Part shown: piece by piece, positions 42,081 to 56,620 of the stretch | Position numbering within the stretch: position 1 is the stretch's first letter | How the letters are laid out: every line of letters starts with the position of its first letter | From: the human T2T-CHM13v2.0 reference genome, Homo sapiens | Length of the DNA stretch: 64,000 bases | Reading direction: 5' to 3' (one strand) | NCBI RefSeq assembly: GCF_009914755.1 | Contig: NC_060947.1 | Made by a program: the position numbers and the translations under genes | The notes under the pieces: model-generated | Databases searched by the model: none | The model's input: only the letters and a program-made list of their open reading frames with translations | Told to the model about the DNA's origin: nothing

Positions 42081-42336
42081 GTATACATAATATACACATA
42101 TATATTTGTTATCTTTATGTTGTTACTCTTTTTCTATAATTCTAAGATAGATATACTTTTTCTTGAAATGATGTGATAGTCACAGCCATATAACTGTCAC
42201 TTTTATACTATACTATTCTTTAGTTAAATAATGAAGATGAAACACCTAGCAACTGGGGATATTTTTCAAGTTAATAATTTCTACGGACCTAGGTCAGAGA
42301 AATCTTTCTCAGCTGAGCTAATAAAAGCAAGGAATT

Positions 42337-42588
42337 AGTCTCACTCATAGGTGGGAATTGAACAATGAGAACACATGGACACAGGAAGGGGAACATCACA
42401 CTCTGGGTACTGTTGTGGGGTTGGGGGAGGGAGGGGGGGTTAGCATTGGGAGATATACCTAATGCTAGATGACGAGTTAGTGGTTGCAGCGCACCAGCAT
42501 GGCACATGTATACATATGTAACTAACCTGCACATTGTGCACATGTACCCTAAAACTTAAAGTATGATAATAATAAATAAAAATAAATA
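42337..42588 (+). mobile_element. young, severely 5'-truncated L1PA2/3-like insertion with 17-bp TSD
   Basis: 3' UTR ...gagaacacatggacacaggaagggg...aactaacctgcacattgtgcacatgtaccctaaaacttaaagtat plus tail; TSD AATAAAAGCAAGGAATT at 42320-42336 and 42589-42605. Confidence 0.95.
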
Positions 42589-43228
42589 AATAAAAGCAAG
42601 GAATTGACTCCAGTAAACAGCTCATTGCAGCATTAATAGAAATTAATTGACTGCCAGGCTTCTCTGCACACCCAAAATACCATCACCAATATCATGCTAT
42701 GGATTACAATGACAAGCACTATAAGGTATTGGTAAGTACAATCTGAGGACCATGCATATGTTTCTAGAGTACGTGGAATGACTTCACATGCTTTCAAAAA
42801 TGCTGTCCTATGTAGAATTTGGTCTCAGTTTTAAAGCACTTTATCTAATAAGCTATCACTGAGCCACCATATGTAGGTTAGATGTTCCTCCTCTGTACTC
42901 GTATAACATCTATTCTTCCTCTCCCATTGCACTCTTAGCTCAGTTTATTTTAAATGCCAATAACACTCCTTAAGTTTTTACTAGACTATAAATTTCATAA
43001 AAGTAAAGGTCATAATGATCTCATTTACTACTACATCATCCGTGTTTAAAAATAATGCCAGAAGTATAGTTTAGTAAATATTCAGCAAGTAGAAGTTAAA
43101 TGAAGAGGACATTGGTATGAAACTAAAGTTAGAGGCAACATAAAAAGTGTTTGGATTGGTTAAAATTTTGAAGTTGCAATATAATCTAATTTTCAATGGT
43201 ACTCTTTTCATTTAAAAATTATTCTGAC

Positions 43229-43822
<594 letters not shown>

Positions 43823-43828
43823 ATTTTA

Positions 43829-43951
43829 TCTCTCTCTCTCTCTATATATATATATATACACACACTCACATATGTATATATGTGTGTGTATGTACATAAG
43901 TGTCTGTGTATATATATGTGTATGTGTATATATATATGTATATGTATGTGT
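43829..43951. repeat. compound (TC)n(TA)n(CA)n/(TG/TA)n microsatellite
   Basis: Read directly. Confidence 0.88.
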
Positions 43952-43989
43952 TCTGAGAAAATCTCCATCACTTATTGTAAAGGAGTACA

Positions 43990-44265
43990 GAGGAGGAAAG
44001 TAGACAGGACACTGAACTAGGAGAATAGAATATGAGATCAAGTTTCATCTTTTCTACTTAGTGAGGCATGCAAAGGAAATGAGGATCTGCTGGGTTAAAT
44101 TGCTTAATTTTTCTGAATTTTAGTTTCCTCACCTGTAAATGGAAGATGCAGATGAAATACACTCTCTTTAGATTTCAAAGGGCACTTGTGAAGCTTAGAT
44201 ACTATGATGTAAAAGTACTTCAAAAATTGTCAAAACTAATGCAAATGAAACATTTATTCAGAATT
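43990..44265 (+). mobile_element. MIR SINE
   Basis: ttaaattgcttaatttttctgaattttagtttcctcacctgtaaatgg core. Confidence 0.6.
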
Positions 44266-45549
44266 ATGTAGGATTATTGAGACAATTAGTATAAAACACA
44301 TTTTAGACTTCTCAAAGCAAGAGCATAATCTGTTTGTATAATTGCAATGTTAAAAAGCCCAATAATGATCCCCAGATATTATATAAAAGAAAATTTTCTG
44401 TTAGCCAAGGAAAGGAGTGGCATCAGAATTTTAATCAAGAAGGGACAGAAGTGTTGAGGAAGTATAAGAATATATGCTTCTGATTTTATGGCAACAAGAA
44501 AGGCCAGTACCAGAAATATTTGAAACTTACTATAAACTAGGAATTGTCATATGTAGGAAAATACTTATGCAGCTCACATTTAATGGAAGTGACAGATAGA
44601 GAAAATAGTGACAGAATTCACCCACGAGCTCTCCTGTCCTTATTATCCCAATAAACTTCATCATCCTTTCTTTCCAAATTCATTTGTATAAGCAGATATT
44701 CCATTTCCAACCTCTCAACTCTTCAACTAATAGTGAAATGATGGATAATTAATTTTGTGCCCATTTAAAGTAATTTTACTGTTAAAAATACAAATAAGGA
44801 TTGTGTTTTAGGTACTTTGATCTTACATATCCAACTGTCCTTCTTACTTTATCAGTTATTATTGCACAAATAAATATATACTCATTCAGAGGTTATGTAT
44901 GTATCTTAGAAACTTAAAATTCTTTCTTAGTGCATATATTCCTCTAAATAAAATATTAAACTAATGGGGTAATGAATGTGAACCAAATTTGTTAGAAACC
45001 AAGAGACAGAACTTTAAAAGTCTAGTTAACCTAATATGATAGTAGGGTATATATTTTTTTAAACTTTGTTTCGCACAGGTCATATAAGGTCAGTAAATCA
45101 TGCAAATTCTGAGATAATCAAATTCAACTTCTATTTTCTATAAAGCTGAAACAGTATAAGTATATGCCACAGTGATTGATATTTGTATTTCTTCCTAGAT
45201 TTAACATCATCAGATATGACATTTTCTGATTATACAGATAACATTTTATAATTCATAATGCCTTTCGAAACCCAAAATAAACTTTCTTATGTTTCTAATT
45301 AGATTAAAAATAACTTTGTTATTTGAGCTAATTTTATATTTTAGCCCCCCAAATGCAGAATATATTTTCATTTACTCACAACCCACATCCCTCTCACTCC
45401 AGATTGTAGACCGTTCTGTTCTAAATACAAACTCTCCTTTTTAATTTTTTTTCTATTTAAAAACTCTGTGCTTAAGATTTAAAAACGTGTCACAAAAATT
45501 AGTTATTCTTACTAGTAACAGATTATAGATAAAGTAGAACTGAGAAAAA

Positions 45550-46000
45550 GGATTCATTCAAAAAGCATTTGGAAAATACTTTGTATAGGCATGAGTCAGT
45601 ATCCCTGACTACATGCAGCTTGCATTTTAAGACAATATACCATAAAAATAAAGCACAGGAAACTCGTATTTATCCTGGGGAGGGCCAACAAATGCTTTGG
45701 AGAGCAAGTTCTATTTTAGCTGCACTTTGAAAGGTGGCTATGCATCTACTAGGCAAAAAGTAGAGGTATTCACATTCCAGGGATAAAAAGTAGCTATTTC
45801 TGAGAAGGGATGCAGTACAGCAAGTTTGAAGACAAGAAATAATCTTCATGTGATTTTAACATAAGAAAGCAAAAATGAGCATGATATGACATGAGGCTAG
45901 AGTGGTAGGAAAGGACTAGAACATGAAGGCTTTTGTGGATTATATTACAGAATTTTTCTCTCATTATAAAAACCATGGGAAGCCATTGAATGGTTTTATA
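45550..46000 (-). mobile_element. L2 3' fragment
   Basis: attcattcaaaaagcattt start; atgggaagccattgaatggtttt typical of antisense L2. Confidence 0.55.
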
Positions 46001-46125
46001 TTTGTATCTTTTAGGGGATTAATGGCATGAATACAATCCTTTCTCTTTGCCTGGTATAGTGTGAGGTGAGACACATTGAACTGAATGGATTCACTTTAAA
46101 TACGTGATCATTGACAATGAGTGTG

Positions 46126-48556
46126 TGTATTACTTTGTTTTTACACTGCTATAAATGACTACCTGAGACTGGGTAATTTATGAAGATAAGAGGTTTAATT
46201 GATGTACAGTTTTACAGGCTTATCAGGAAGCATTGCTAGGAGGCCTCAGGAAACTTGCTGTCATGGCAGACAGTGAAGGGGAAGCAAGCACATCTTACAT
46301 GGTGGCAGAAGAGAGAGAGAGAGAGCAAAAAGGGAATCACAACACAGTTTTAAACCATCAGATTCCATTAGAAATCACTCACTATCACAAAAACAGCAAG
46401 AGGGAAGTCTGCCACCATAGACTCAATTACCTCCCACCAGGCCCCACCTCTGACACCTGGGGATTACAATTTGAGATGAGATTTGGGTTGGGACACAGAG
46501 CCAAACCATGTCATACCACTCCTAGCCTCTCCCAGATCTCACGTCTTTTTCATGTTTCAAAACCAATTATGCCTTCCCAATAATCCCTCAAAGTCTTAAC
46601 TAATTCCAGCATTAACTCAAAAGTCCAAGTCCAAAATCTCATCTGAAATAAGGCAAGTCCCTTCTGCCTATGAGCCTGTAACATCAAAACAAGTTAGTTA
46701 CTTCCAAGATACAATACGGGTAGAGGCAATGGGTAAATGTTCCCATTCCCAAAGTAAGAAATTGGCCAAAACCAGGGTCTACAGTTACCATGCAAATGCA
46801 AAACCCAGCAGGACAGCCATCAAATATTAAAGCTCCAAAATGGTCTTTCTTGACTCCATGTCTCACATCCAGAGCACACTGATATAAGGGGTGGGCACCC
46901 AAGCCCTTGGAAAGCTCCACCTCTGTGGTTCTGCAGAGTAGAGTCCCCATGGCTGCTTTCATGGGATGGCATTGAGTACCTGCAGCTTTTCGAGGTGCAC
47001 AGTACAAGCTGTCAGGGGATCCACCATTTTGGGGTCTGGAGGACAGTGGCCCTCTTCTCACAGCTCAACTAGGCAGTGCCCTAGTGAGGACTATGTGTGG
47101 GGCTCCAACCCCACATTTCACCTTCACATTGCCCTAAGACAGGTTCTTCATGAGGGCTTTGCCCTGTAGCCAACTTCTGCCTGGACATCCAGGCATTTCC
47201 ATACATCCTCTGAAATCTAGGTGGAGGCTCCCACACCTTAACTATTGCCTTCTGTGCACCTGCAGGCCCAACACCACATAGAAGCTATCAAGGTGTGGGG
47301 CTTGCACCCTCTGAAGCAATAGTCTGAGCTGTACCTTTGTCCCTTTTAGCCACAGCTGGAGCTGGAGTGGCTGGAATACAGGGTGACATATCCTGAGGCT
47401 GCACAGAGCAAATTGTCCCTGACCCTGGCCCATGAAACAATTTTTTCCTCCTAGGCCTCTGGGCCTGTGATGGAGTGGGCTACTGTGAAGGTTTCTGATA
47501 TGCCCTGGAGACATTTTTTTCCCATTGTCTTGGCTATTAACACTCTGCTTCTCTTTAGTCATAGAAATTTTTGTAGCCAGCTTGAATTTCTCTCCCAGGA
47601 AAAGGGTTTTTCTTTTCTACTACATGGTCAGGCTGCAAATTCCCCAAAATTTATGCTCTGCTTCCCTTTTAAACATAAGTTCTAATTTCAGACCATCTCT
47701 TTGTGAACACATATGACTGTACACTATTAGGAGCAGCCAGGCTATTTCTTGAATGCTTTGCTATTTAGAAATTTCTTCCAGCAGATACCCTAAATTACCT
47801 CTTTCAAGTTTAAAGTTTCAGAGATCTCTATAGCAGGGGTAAAATTATGCCAGTCTCATTGCTGAAGCATAACAAGTGTGACCTTTGCTCCAGTTCCCAA
47901 TAAGTTCCTCATCTCAATCTGAGACCACCTCAACCTGGACTTTATTGTCCATGTAACTATCAGCATTTTGGTCAAAACCATTCAACAAGTCTCTAGGAAG
48001 TTCCAAACTTTCCCACATCTTCCTGTATTCTTTTGAGCCCTTCAAACTCTTCCAAACTCTGTTCATTACCCAGTTCCAAAGTTGCTTCCACATTTTCAGG
48101 TATCTTTAGAGCAGTGCCCCACTCTCCTGGTACCAATTCTCTGTATTAGTTCATTTTCACAGTGATATAAATAATTACCTGAGACTGGATAATTTATGAA
48201 GAAAAGTGGATTGACTGACTCACAGTCCCATAGCCTTAACAGAAAGCATGGCTAGGAGGCCTCAGAAAACTTACAATCATGGCAGAATGTGATGAGGAAG
48301 CAAGGACCTGCTTCACTTCATTGTGGAGAGAGAGAGAGAGAGAGAGAGGCAACAGAGAAAGAGAGTGAAAGAAGAGGGAAGCACTAAACAGATTTAAACC
48401 ATCAGATCTCATGAGAATGCACTCACTATCACAAGAACAGCAAGGGATAATCCCACCCCCCTGAATCAATTAACTCCCACCAAGCCCCTCACCCAACACA
48501 TGGAGATTAAAACTCAAGATGAGATTTGGGTGGGGACACAGAGCCAAACAATATCA
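46126..48556 (-). mobile_element. complete MSTA (MaLR) provirus: LTR-internal-LTR with 5-bp TSD
   Basis: LTRs 46126-46513 and 48142-48556 (TG...CA), internal 46514-48141 (~1.6 kb). TSD GTGTG at 46121-46125 and 48557-48561. Confidence 0.95.
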
Positions 48557-48561
48557 GTGTG

Positions 48562-48790
48562 CATTTCACACTGCCCAGCAATATGATTATATTTTCCAGG
48601 CCCATACTCTCTTCTACTTACTACGGACTATTTCAAAGTTTCTTTTCACCTCAAATCTTCAAAATCTCACCACATTGCCACTCTCAGTTAATTCTCTTGC
48701 CTCTCATTTCAGTAAGAAATTGGAATAAATCAGGAGAGAATATCCAGCCCCTTCTACCACATCTACCAAGCTGATTGGCAACTGTGCACC
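48562..48790 (+). mobile_element. L2 ORF2-region fragment (continues at ~52870)
   Basis: ctctcagttaattctcttgcctctcatttcagtaagaaattggaataaatcagg typical of L2. Confidence 0.55.
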
Positions 48791-49998
48791 AAAGGGACTC
48801 ATAATTTAATAATATCATACAAAACAAGAAAGGCTTTACTGATAAAAGCTACAAAATGGTGGTCAACAAGAAGAGTATCAAGAGAAGCATATGACGTTCA
48901 TAGTCCTTTCATCATCTCATGGAGAGGCATAATGAGATTTAAGTAATCTATAAGACATGCAGCAGATTTTTATTCCAGTGTAATGACACTGACCACTCTT
49001 GCTCTCCAATTTTATAGGGTACAATAGAAAGAATTTTAAAATTACCCCCAGTAACCTTCATCCTTCTATAAGCCCTTTCTCCTGAAGTACGGGTAAAACC
49101 AGTGAATGTGATGAAGGATCCCTTCTGTGATCATATTATTAATAAATTATATAATCTTATCCTGAGTTTGCCTGATGTAAGCAAGTAAGCTCTTCGAAAG
49201 CAGAGAGCTTTCTTTGCCTTTTTATTTCATAGAATAGGAAGTCAGAGAGATATTCAAAAGCAGAGAGCTTTCTCTAACTTTGTTTCATAGAATAGGAAGT
49301 CAGAGAGACATTCTACAACTGGCCTGGAAGAAAGCAAACATCCATTGTTGTCAACTGCCTATGAGTTCCACATGACAAATAACTGCCAACTGCCTTTAGG
49401 AGAAGAGAGTGGTCCCTGAAAAACAAATAACAGGAAGATGGTGCTACAGTTTTATAATCACAAGGGAGTAAATTCAGCCAGCAAATAATGAGCTAGAAAG
49501 AGGCCACCAAGTTCCAAATAAGAACCAGACCCTGAAAAACAGCTTGATTTCAGCCTAGAAAGACCCTGATCAGAGAATCCAGTCATGCCATGCCCTTATT
49601 TCTGACCAACAGAAACTGAGATAATACATTACTATTGCTTTAATCCACTAAGTCTGTGCCCATTTTATTATGCAGGAATTGAAACTAATACACATGTTGG
49701 TACCTAGAAATGAACTACTGTCATACCAAATATGTGTAAATGTGGAAGTGGCTTTGAAACATGAAAATGGAGAAAGGCTAGCAGAATTTTCAGGAGCATG
49801 GAAGAAAAAAGTCTAGATTACCCTAAATACGCTTTTAATACAATTATGAGGTTAAAGATGCAAGAGAAAATTATGAACATACTTTTGGAAACTGGAGGAA
49901 GGTAGATGATTGTTATGTAGTGGTAGAATGTTTAGCAAAATTGGGTCCTGCAGTTATGTGGAAAGCAGAACTTGTAAGTGATGAACATAGATATAAAG

Positions 49999-50409
49999 TG
50001 TATTAGGCCATACACACATTGCAATAAATACCTGAGACTGGGTAATTTATTTAAAAAAAAGAGATTTTATTGGCTCACAGCTCTGCAGGCTATATAGGAA
50101 GCATAGCAGCATCTGCTTCTGGGGAGGCCCCAGGAAACTTACAATCATGGCTGAAGATGAAGGTGGAGCAGGCACATCACATGGTGAAAGCAGGAGCAAG
50201 AAAGAAATGGGGGAGACAGCACACACTTTTAAGCAACTAGATGGTGTGAGAACTCAGTCACTATCACAAGGACAGCACCAAGAGGATGGTGCTAAACCAT
50301 TCATGTAAAATCCATCCCCATGATCCAATAAGTTCCCACCATGCTCCTTTTCTAACATTATGGATTACATTTCAACATTTGGGTGTGGATACACATCTAA
50401 ACTACATCA
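49999..50409 (-). mobile_element. MSTB-like solo LTR
   Basis: tgtattaggcc...gcatctgcttctggggaggcc...aaactacatca; near-TSD TAAAG/TATAG. Confidence 0.88.
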
Positions 50410-50810
50410 TATAGCTAAGGGGATTTCTGAGAATAGTTGTGAAGGTGTTGCCTAGTTTCTTTTGGTTGCTTACAATAAACATGAGAAAAGAGAGAGATAA
50501 ATTGAGGATACGTTAAACAAAAATAAAACAGCATCTGATGATATTTTAAATTCTTAGCTTCTCAAGATGGCAAAAGGTTCTAAAAGCAAAACATAGCTGT
50601 TGAAAGTGTGGCATAGAGGAAAGCTGAGTCTCTATGATTTTTTACTAAAACCTCAGGAAGGTTAAAAGATAAAAATATTCAGTCAGATAAAAACCTCTTG
50701 AAACAGTTTAAGATTATGAGTTGGAGCCTCTCTTAATCACACCAGAGGTCCTCTAGAAAGCTTAAGAAGACTATGTCTCAATCATTTGAGCAGAAGCTAA
50801 AAATATGTAA

Positions 50811-51194
<384 letters not shown>

Positions 51195-53107
51195 TTTTTT
51201 TTTTTTTCTGTTGGAGTGAAACCCAGAGCAATTCATGCAAGATCCACATGGTTCTTGAGTATAATATATCAACAGAAACACTGCCAGGTATATCTGAAAG
51301 ACAAAAGGAATACAAAATAAAAGAAAGCTGTCAGATCCTCAAAATTCTACTGGCAATGAGCAGGTTAATAAAACCACTGGATGCAAAAATATACCAAATT
51401 TCATAAAAAGAAGAGGGACTCAGAGAGTAGCATCAAGAGCCCAGAAAAATCCAAAAGCCCAGTGAGTCTATGCAAGAAGGCAGGGAGGAGAACCAAGAGT
51501 GTAAGGAAATTATTTCCAGGTTTTAAAACCCAATCAAGAAAAATCCAGCATTTGCCTGGTTGGATATCCAACTGCTTAGACACATGACTCCTTTTTACCT
51601 TTTTTTCCCCCACTTTTTGAATCAATGTCTAAAGCTATTTTCCTATGCTTGTTCCACCATTGTATGTTGGGAGTAGTGAGGAAAAACAACTTGTCTCATT
51701 TCCTTTGTTGGTCCTCGTATGGAGAAGATTTTCATGCCCAGGAGCCTTATTTCCACCTGAGCACATAAATTACATAATAAGATTTTGAACTTTGAGCTAA
51801 GATAATCTAGGTGAAATTTTTCAACTTGAGCTAATGAACTACTAGCACTTGGATGCAGATGATGAAATTTTGAATTGGAGCTCATACTGGGAAAAAAGGT
51901 TGAGACACTTAGTATGGAGCAAATGTATTTTGCATGTGGGAGGGAACTATATCATGGAAACCAGAATCCATACTGTGGTAGGCAGAATTATCTAGGTCCC
52001 CTGATGTCAGTCTTGTGATTCTCTTATATGATGTGGAAAAATGAATTTTGCAGATGTAATGAAGTTTACTAATAAATTGACCTCAAGAAAGATCTGAGTG
52101 GGCTTAACCTAACCAGATGAGTCCTTTAAAAGCAGAGGGATTCCTGGCCAATTTCAAGAGTAGGAGAGGAGCATGTCAGAAAGATTGGAGTAGCCTGAGA
52201 ACATTCAGCTCAAGAGAGATATCCCATTGCTAGCACTAAAGATGGAGAAGGTTACACAGAAAGGATCTGAAAGCTACATATAGCTTCCAGGTGACAGCCA
52301 GCAAGGAAACAATGACCTCAGCTGAAAGAAAGTAAATTATGTCAACCTCAATGAGCTTAGAAGTGAATTCTTCCCTAGAGCCTCCAAATAAGAACATAGT
52401 TCTACTGACATATTTATGTTCACCTTGTAAAATCCTAAGGAAATAATCTATGGGAGCCCACCCAGACTTTCAATCTACAAAAAAGTATGAGATAATATAT
52501 ATGCTGTTGTTTTAACCTTCTAAGTGAGTGGTAATTTGTTAAGTGGCACTAAACATGAGAGACACCTTATCTAATGAAAATATATTCAGACTACTGGAGT
52601 GCCAAGATGTCTAGGCTTAGGTGACAACAGTTTGAAAGAGGTATCTTGGAAAGGGAACTGCCTCGTATCTACATCTTTGCAAAGATGTAGCCCCTTCTGT
52701 TTGAGTTACAGAATGGAAAAGAAAGCTTCAGTCACCTGTGAACTGAGTTCAAATGCAGCCCATCCTGCTGGGAGATGAAGTTGATCAGCAGAACCAGCTT
52801 CATCATTGCCCAGGCATCCCATATTGCATTCTTAGGGTAATTTTCAGACATTCCTTCATGTCTCTCCACATCTATCTGCATCTATTCAAATATAATCTAC
52901 CTTTCCTTAACATTACTATGTTCAACTATTCTGTTCTCCTTTCTAAGACCAGATACTCCACTTGTGCACTCTAGCCCATGTAACATAAACTACTCAAGCA
53001 TATCACTCTAGCAATATTCCCACTTCTCTTAATTATCAAACTTTCCTCTACTGGATTATTCTCATTAGTATGCAAACATCCTGTTAATCCTATAATCTTA
53101 AAAAATA

Positions 53108-53650
53108 CAGTAGTATGTAGGGATACATTCCACGATTCCCAGTGAATGCCTGAAACCACCACCAATATTGATTCTTATGTATAGTATATATTTTTTCTAT
53201 ACATAATACATACCTACAATAAAGTTTAATTTTATAAATTAGGCACAGTAAGAGATTAACATCAATAACTAATAATAAAATAGAACAATTTTAACTATAT
53301 GAATATCACTGCTCTTGCACTTCAAGGCCATTATAAAGTAAAATAAGAGTTACTTGAACACAAGTACTGAAATACCAGACAATCAATCTGATAATGGAGA
53401 TGACTACTAAATGACTAAAGGAGGGGTACCATAGACAGCATGGAGTAGCTGAACAGAGTGGTAATTCACATTCTGAGCAGGATGGAGCAGGATGGCACAA
53501 GGCTTCATCATGCTACTTAGAAAAGTATGCAATTTAAAAATTTATAATTTTTTTCTTTCTGGATTTTTCCAGTTAGTGTTTTTGGGCCATGGTTGACTGT
53601 AGGTAATGGAAACCATGGAAAGCCAAATCTCAGATAAGGGGGATCTACTG
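53108..53650 (-). mobile_element. MER44B/Tigger7 DNA transposon
   Basis: Termini cagtagt... and ...gataagggggatctactg; internal aaattaggcacagtaagagattaac. Confidence 0.85.
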
Positions 53651-54036
53651 CAAAATAAAATGAAATAAAGTCTTTTTTATCTCTCATATTTCTGTAGCTA
53701 CTAGCTGTTTTTTTGTTTGTTTCTTTGTTTTTTTTTTATCTACCTTGCTCATGCAACACTCCTTGAACAAATAGTTGATACCTTGCTCTCTACAAATGCA
53801 CTCCATATTTTCTTGGACTCATTTCAATCAAAATTTTGCCACTCCACTCTTTTCAGGACTGTCAATGACCTCTATAATGTTAAATTCAATAGCCACTTTC
53901 AGTCTATCTTACTTGACCTATCAGTAGCATCTAACACAGATGATAAAGTGTTCTTCTTCTATCTCACAACCACTTCTTTTCAGCCACATTGATGGCTCTT
54001 CCTTATCTACTCAACAATTAAATATTGCAATATTTC

Positions 54037-54792
<756 letters not shown>

Positions 54793-55644
54793 TCTTGAGA
54801 TATGGTTTTAGGACCCTTAGTCTTAGGACCCTTTCTATTTTGTCACTACCAAGTCCCTTTGTGACCCTAACCAGTCTCATGGATGTAAATATATTCTGCA
54901 TACTGTTGACTCCTAAATTTATATCTCTAGCATGGACTTCTCTCTTTACCTTCAGACTCATATATCCAACTACTTCCTTGACATCTCTAGTTGAATGTAT
55001 AATCTGCATGTCAAATTAATATGTATCAACCAAACTTATGCTGTTTCTCTCCAAAATTATTTCTTCTTCATTCTTCTGTGTATCACTAATACTGTACCAC
55101 CAACTACCTACTTGCTCAGGCTAAAATCCTGGCATTATTCTTGATTTTTCTTATTCATACCCCAGTTTGGTGATCTCCCAAATAATTTGATCTTCCAAAT
55201 GGTCTATTTCTGCTTTTGCCCCCTGCTTCAAGTCTATTCTTGACACTGCAGCCAGAATGGTCTTCTAAAAATATAGGTCAAATCATGTCATTTCTATGCT
55301 CAAGATTCTCCAGTGGTTTTCTATCTCACTCAGAGAAAAACAAAAGAAATTTACATTAATTTTAATATCTTACATAATTGTATTGCCCTAATGTTACTAT
55401 TATTTACCAGATACAAATTCAAATGTGTTTGAGACCATAATTTATGCTGTTAAGCCTTATCCAATCATACTTCCAAAAGCTATGTTTTCTTCCTTAGGCT
55501 CACTCAAACATACTATGTTCTATATACATTTTTAGCAGTAATTGTTATCCATCTTTACTTATATTAATTTCAATATAAACTATTATTGCTCTACATTTAT
55601 ACTTTCAGATGTCAGATAATGATAGTTGTGTACATTTAGGAATT

Positions 55645-55790
55645 CTTAGAAACACAGTAGTTCAACACTTCATTTACAAAGGAAGACATTGGGATCTAGA
55701 AAAACCAAGTAACTTCCTATAGTTGATAGTAGACCTGCACTTAGAAACCTGGCTTCATGTCTTTTTTGCTCTTCTTTTCACTGTTGCCTA
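55645..55790 (-). mobile_element. MIR fragment
   Basis: tagttcaacacttcatttacaaaggaagacattggg...ttagaaacctgg. Confidence 0.5.
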
Positions 55791-55874
55791 CCAAGTCAAT
55801 TATGCTATATCCATAAGAACAAAAGAGAAAACAGAAAACAAGCAAAAACTGAGTCTCAAAAACCATGTTTTTGT

Positions 55875-56005
55875 TTCATTGTTTGTTTTTAAACAAACAT
55901 GGGTCTTGCAGTGTTGCCCAGGTTGGTCTCAAACTTCTGGCCTCAAGCAATCTGCCTGCCTTGACCTTCCAAAGTGCTGGGATTACAGGAGCCCTTGCAC
56001 CTGGA
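55875..56005 (-). mobile_element. FLAM/AluJ left monomer
   Basis: gggtcttgcagtgttgcccagg...ggcctcaagcaatc...aaagtgctgggattacagg. Confidence 0.8.
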
Positions 56006-56029
56006 CAAAACTCTATTTTATTTGTTTTT

Positions 56030-56620
56030 TCTTACTGTTAATTGACACATAATTGAACATATTTATAGGGTACGCTGTGATGCTTTCATACATGTAACCA
56101 CTCTGTGTATTTAGCATATTTATCACCTTTAATATTTATCATTTCTTTATGGTGAGAACATTCAAAATCTTCTCTTTTGGCTATTTTGAAATACGCAATA
56201 TTGTTAACTATAGTAACCCTACTAGGCAATAGAACACCAGAGCTTATTAATAACTTTTTATCTGGCTGGGCATGATGACTCATGCCTGTAATCCCAGCAC
56301 TTATGGAGGCTCAGGTATGGTGGCACACCCCTGTAATCCCAGCTGCTTGGGAGGCTGAAGCACGAGAATCGCTTGAACCCGGCAGGTAGAGATTGCAGTC
56401 AGCCCACTCCAGCCTGGGTGACACAGTGAGATTCTGTCTCAAAAAAAAAAAAAAAAAAAATGATTGTACTCATTTACATTCCCACCAAAAATAAAGGTTC
56501 CCATTTTTCTGAATCTATGTCAGCGTTTGGTGTTTTTTTTTTTTTTATAATGGCTATTCTAATTGGAGTGAGGTGACATTTTACTGGGGATTTGATTTTT
56601 ATTTCCCTGATAATTAGTGA
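56030..56620 (-). mobile_element. L1MA 3' fragments around a deleted Alu
   Basis: ttgacacataattgaacatatttatagggtac...ggtgagaacattcaaaatcttctc; resumes at 56461 tttacattcccaccaa. Confidence 0.75.
56264..56460 (+). mobile_element. AluS with large internal deletion
   Basis: Left-arm start joined directly to right-arm start (ggaggctcagg|tatggtggc); poly-A tail. Confidence 0.85.

Noticed and set aside
46684-47716. Cluster of 60-125-aa ORFs on both strands
   Set aside because: All lie in the MSTA internal region; they are fragmented MaLR-derived or chance frames.
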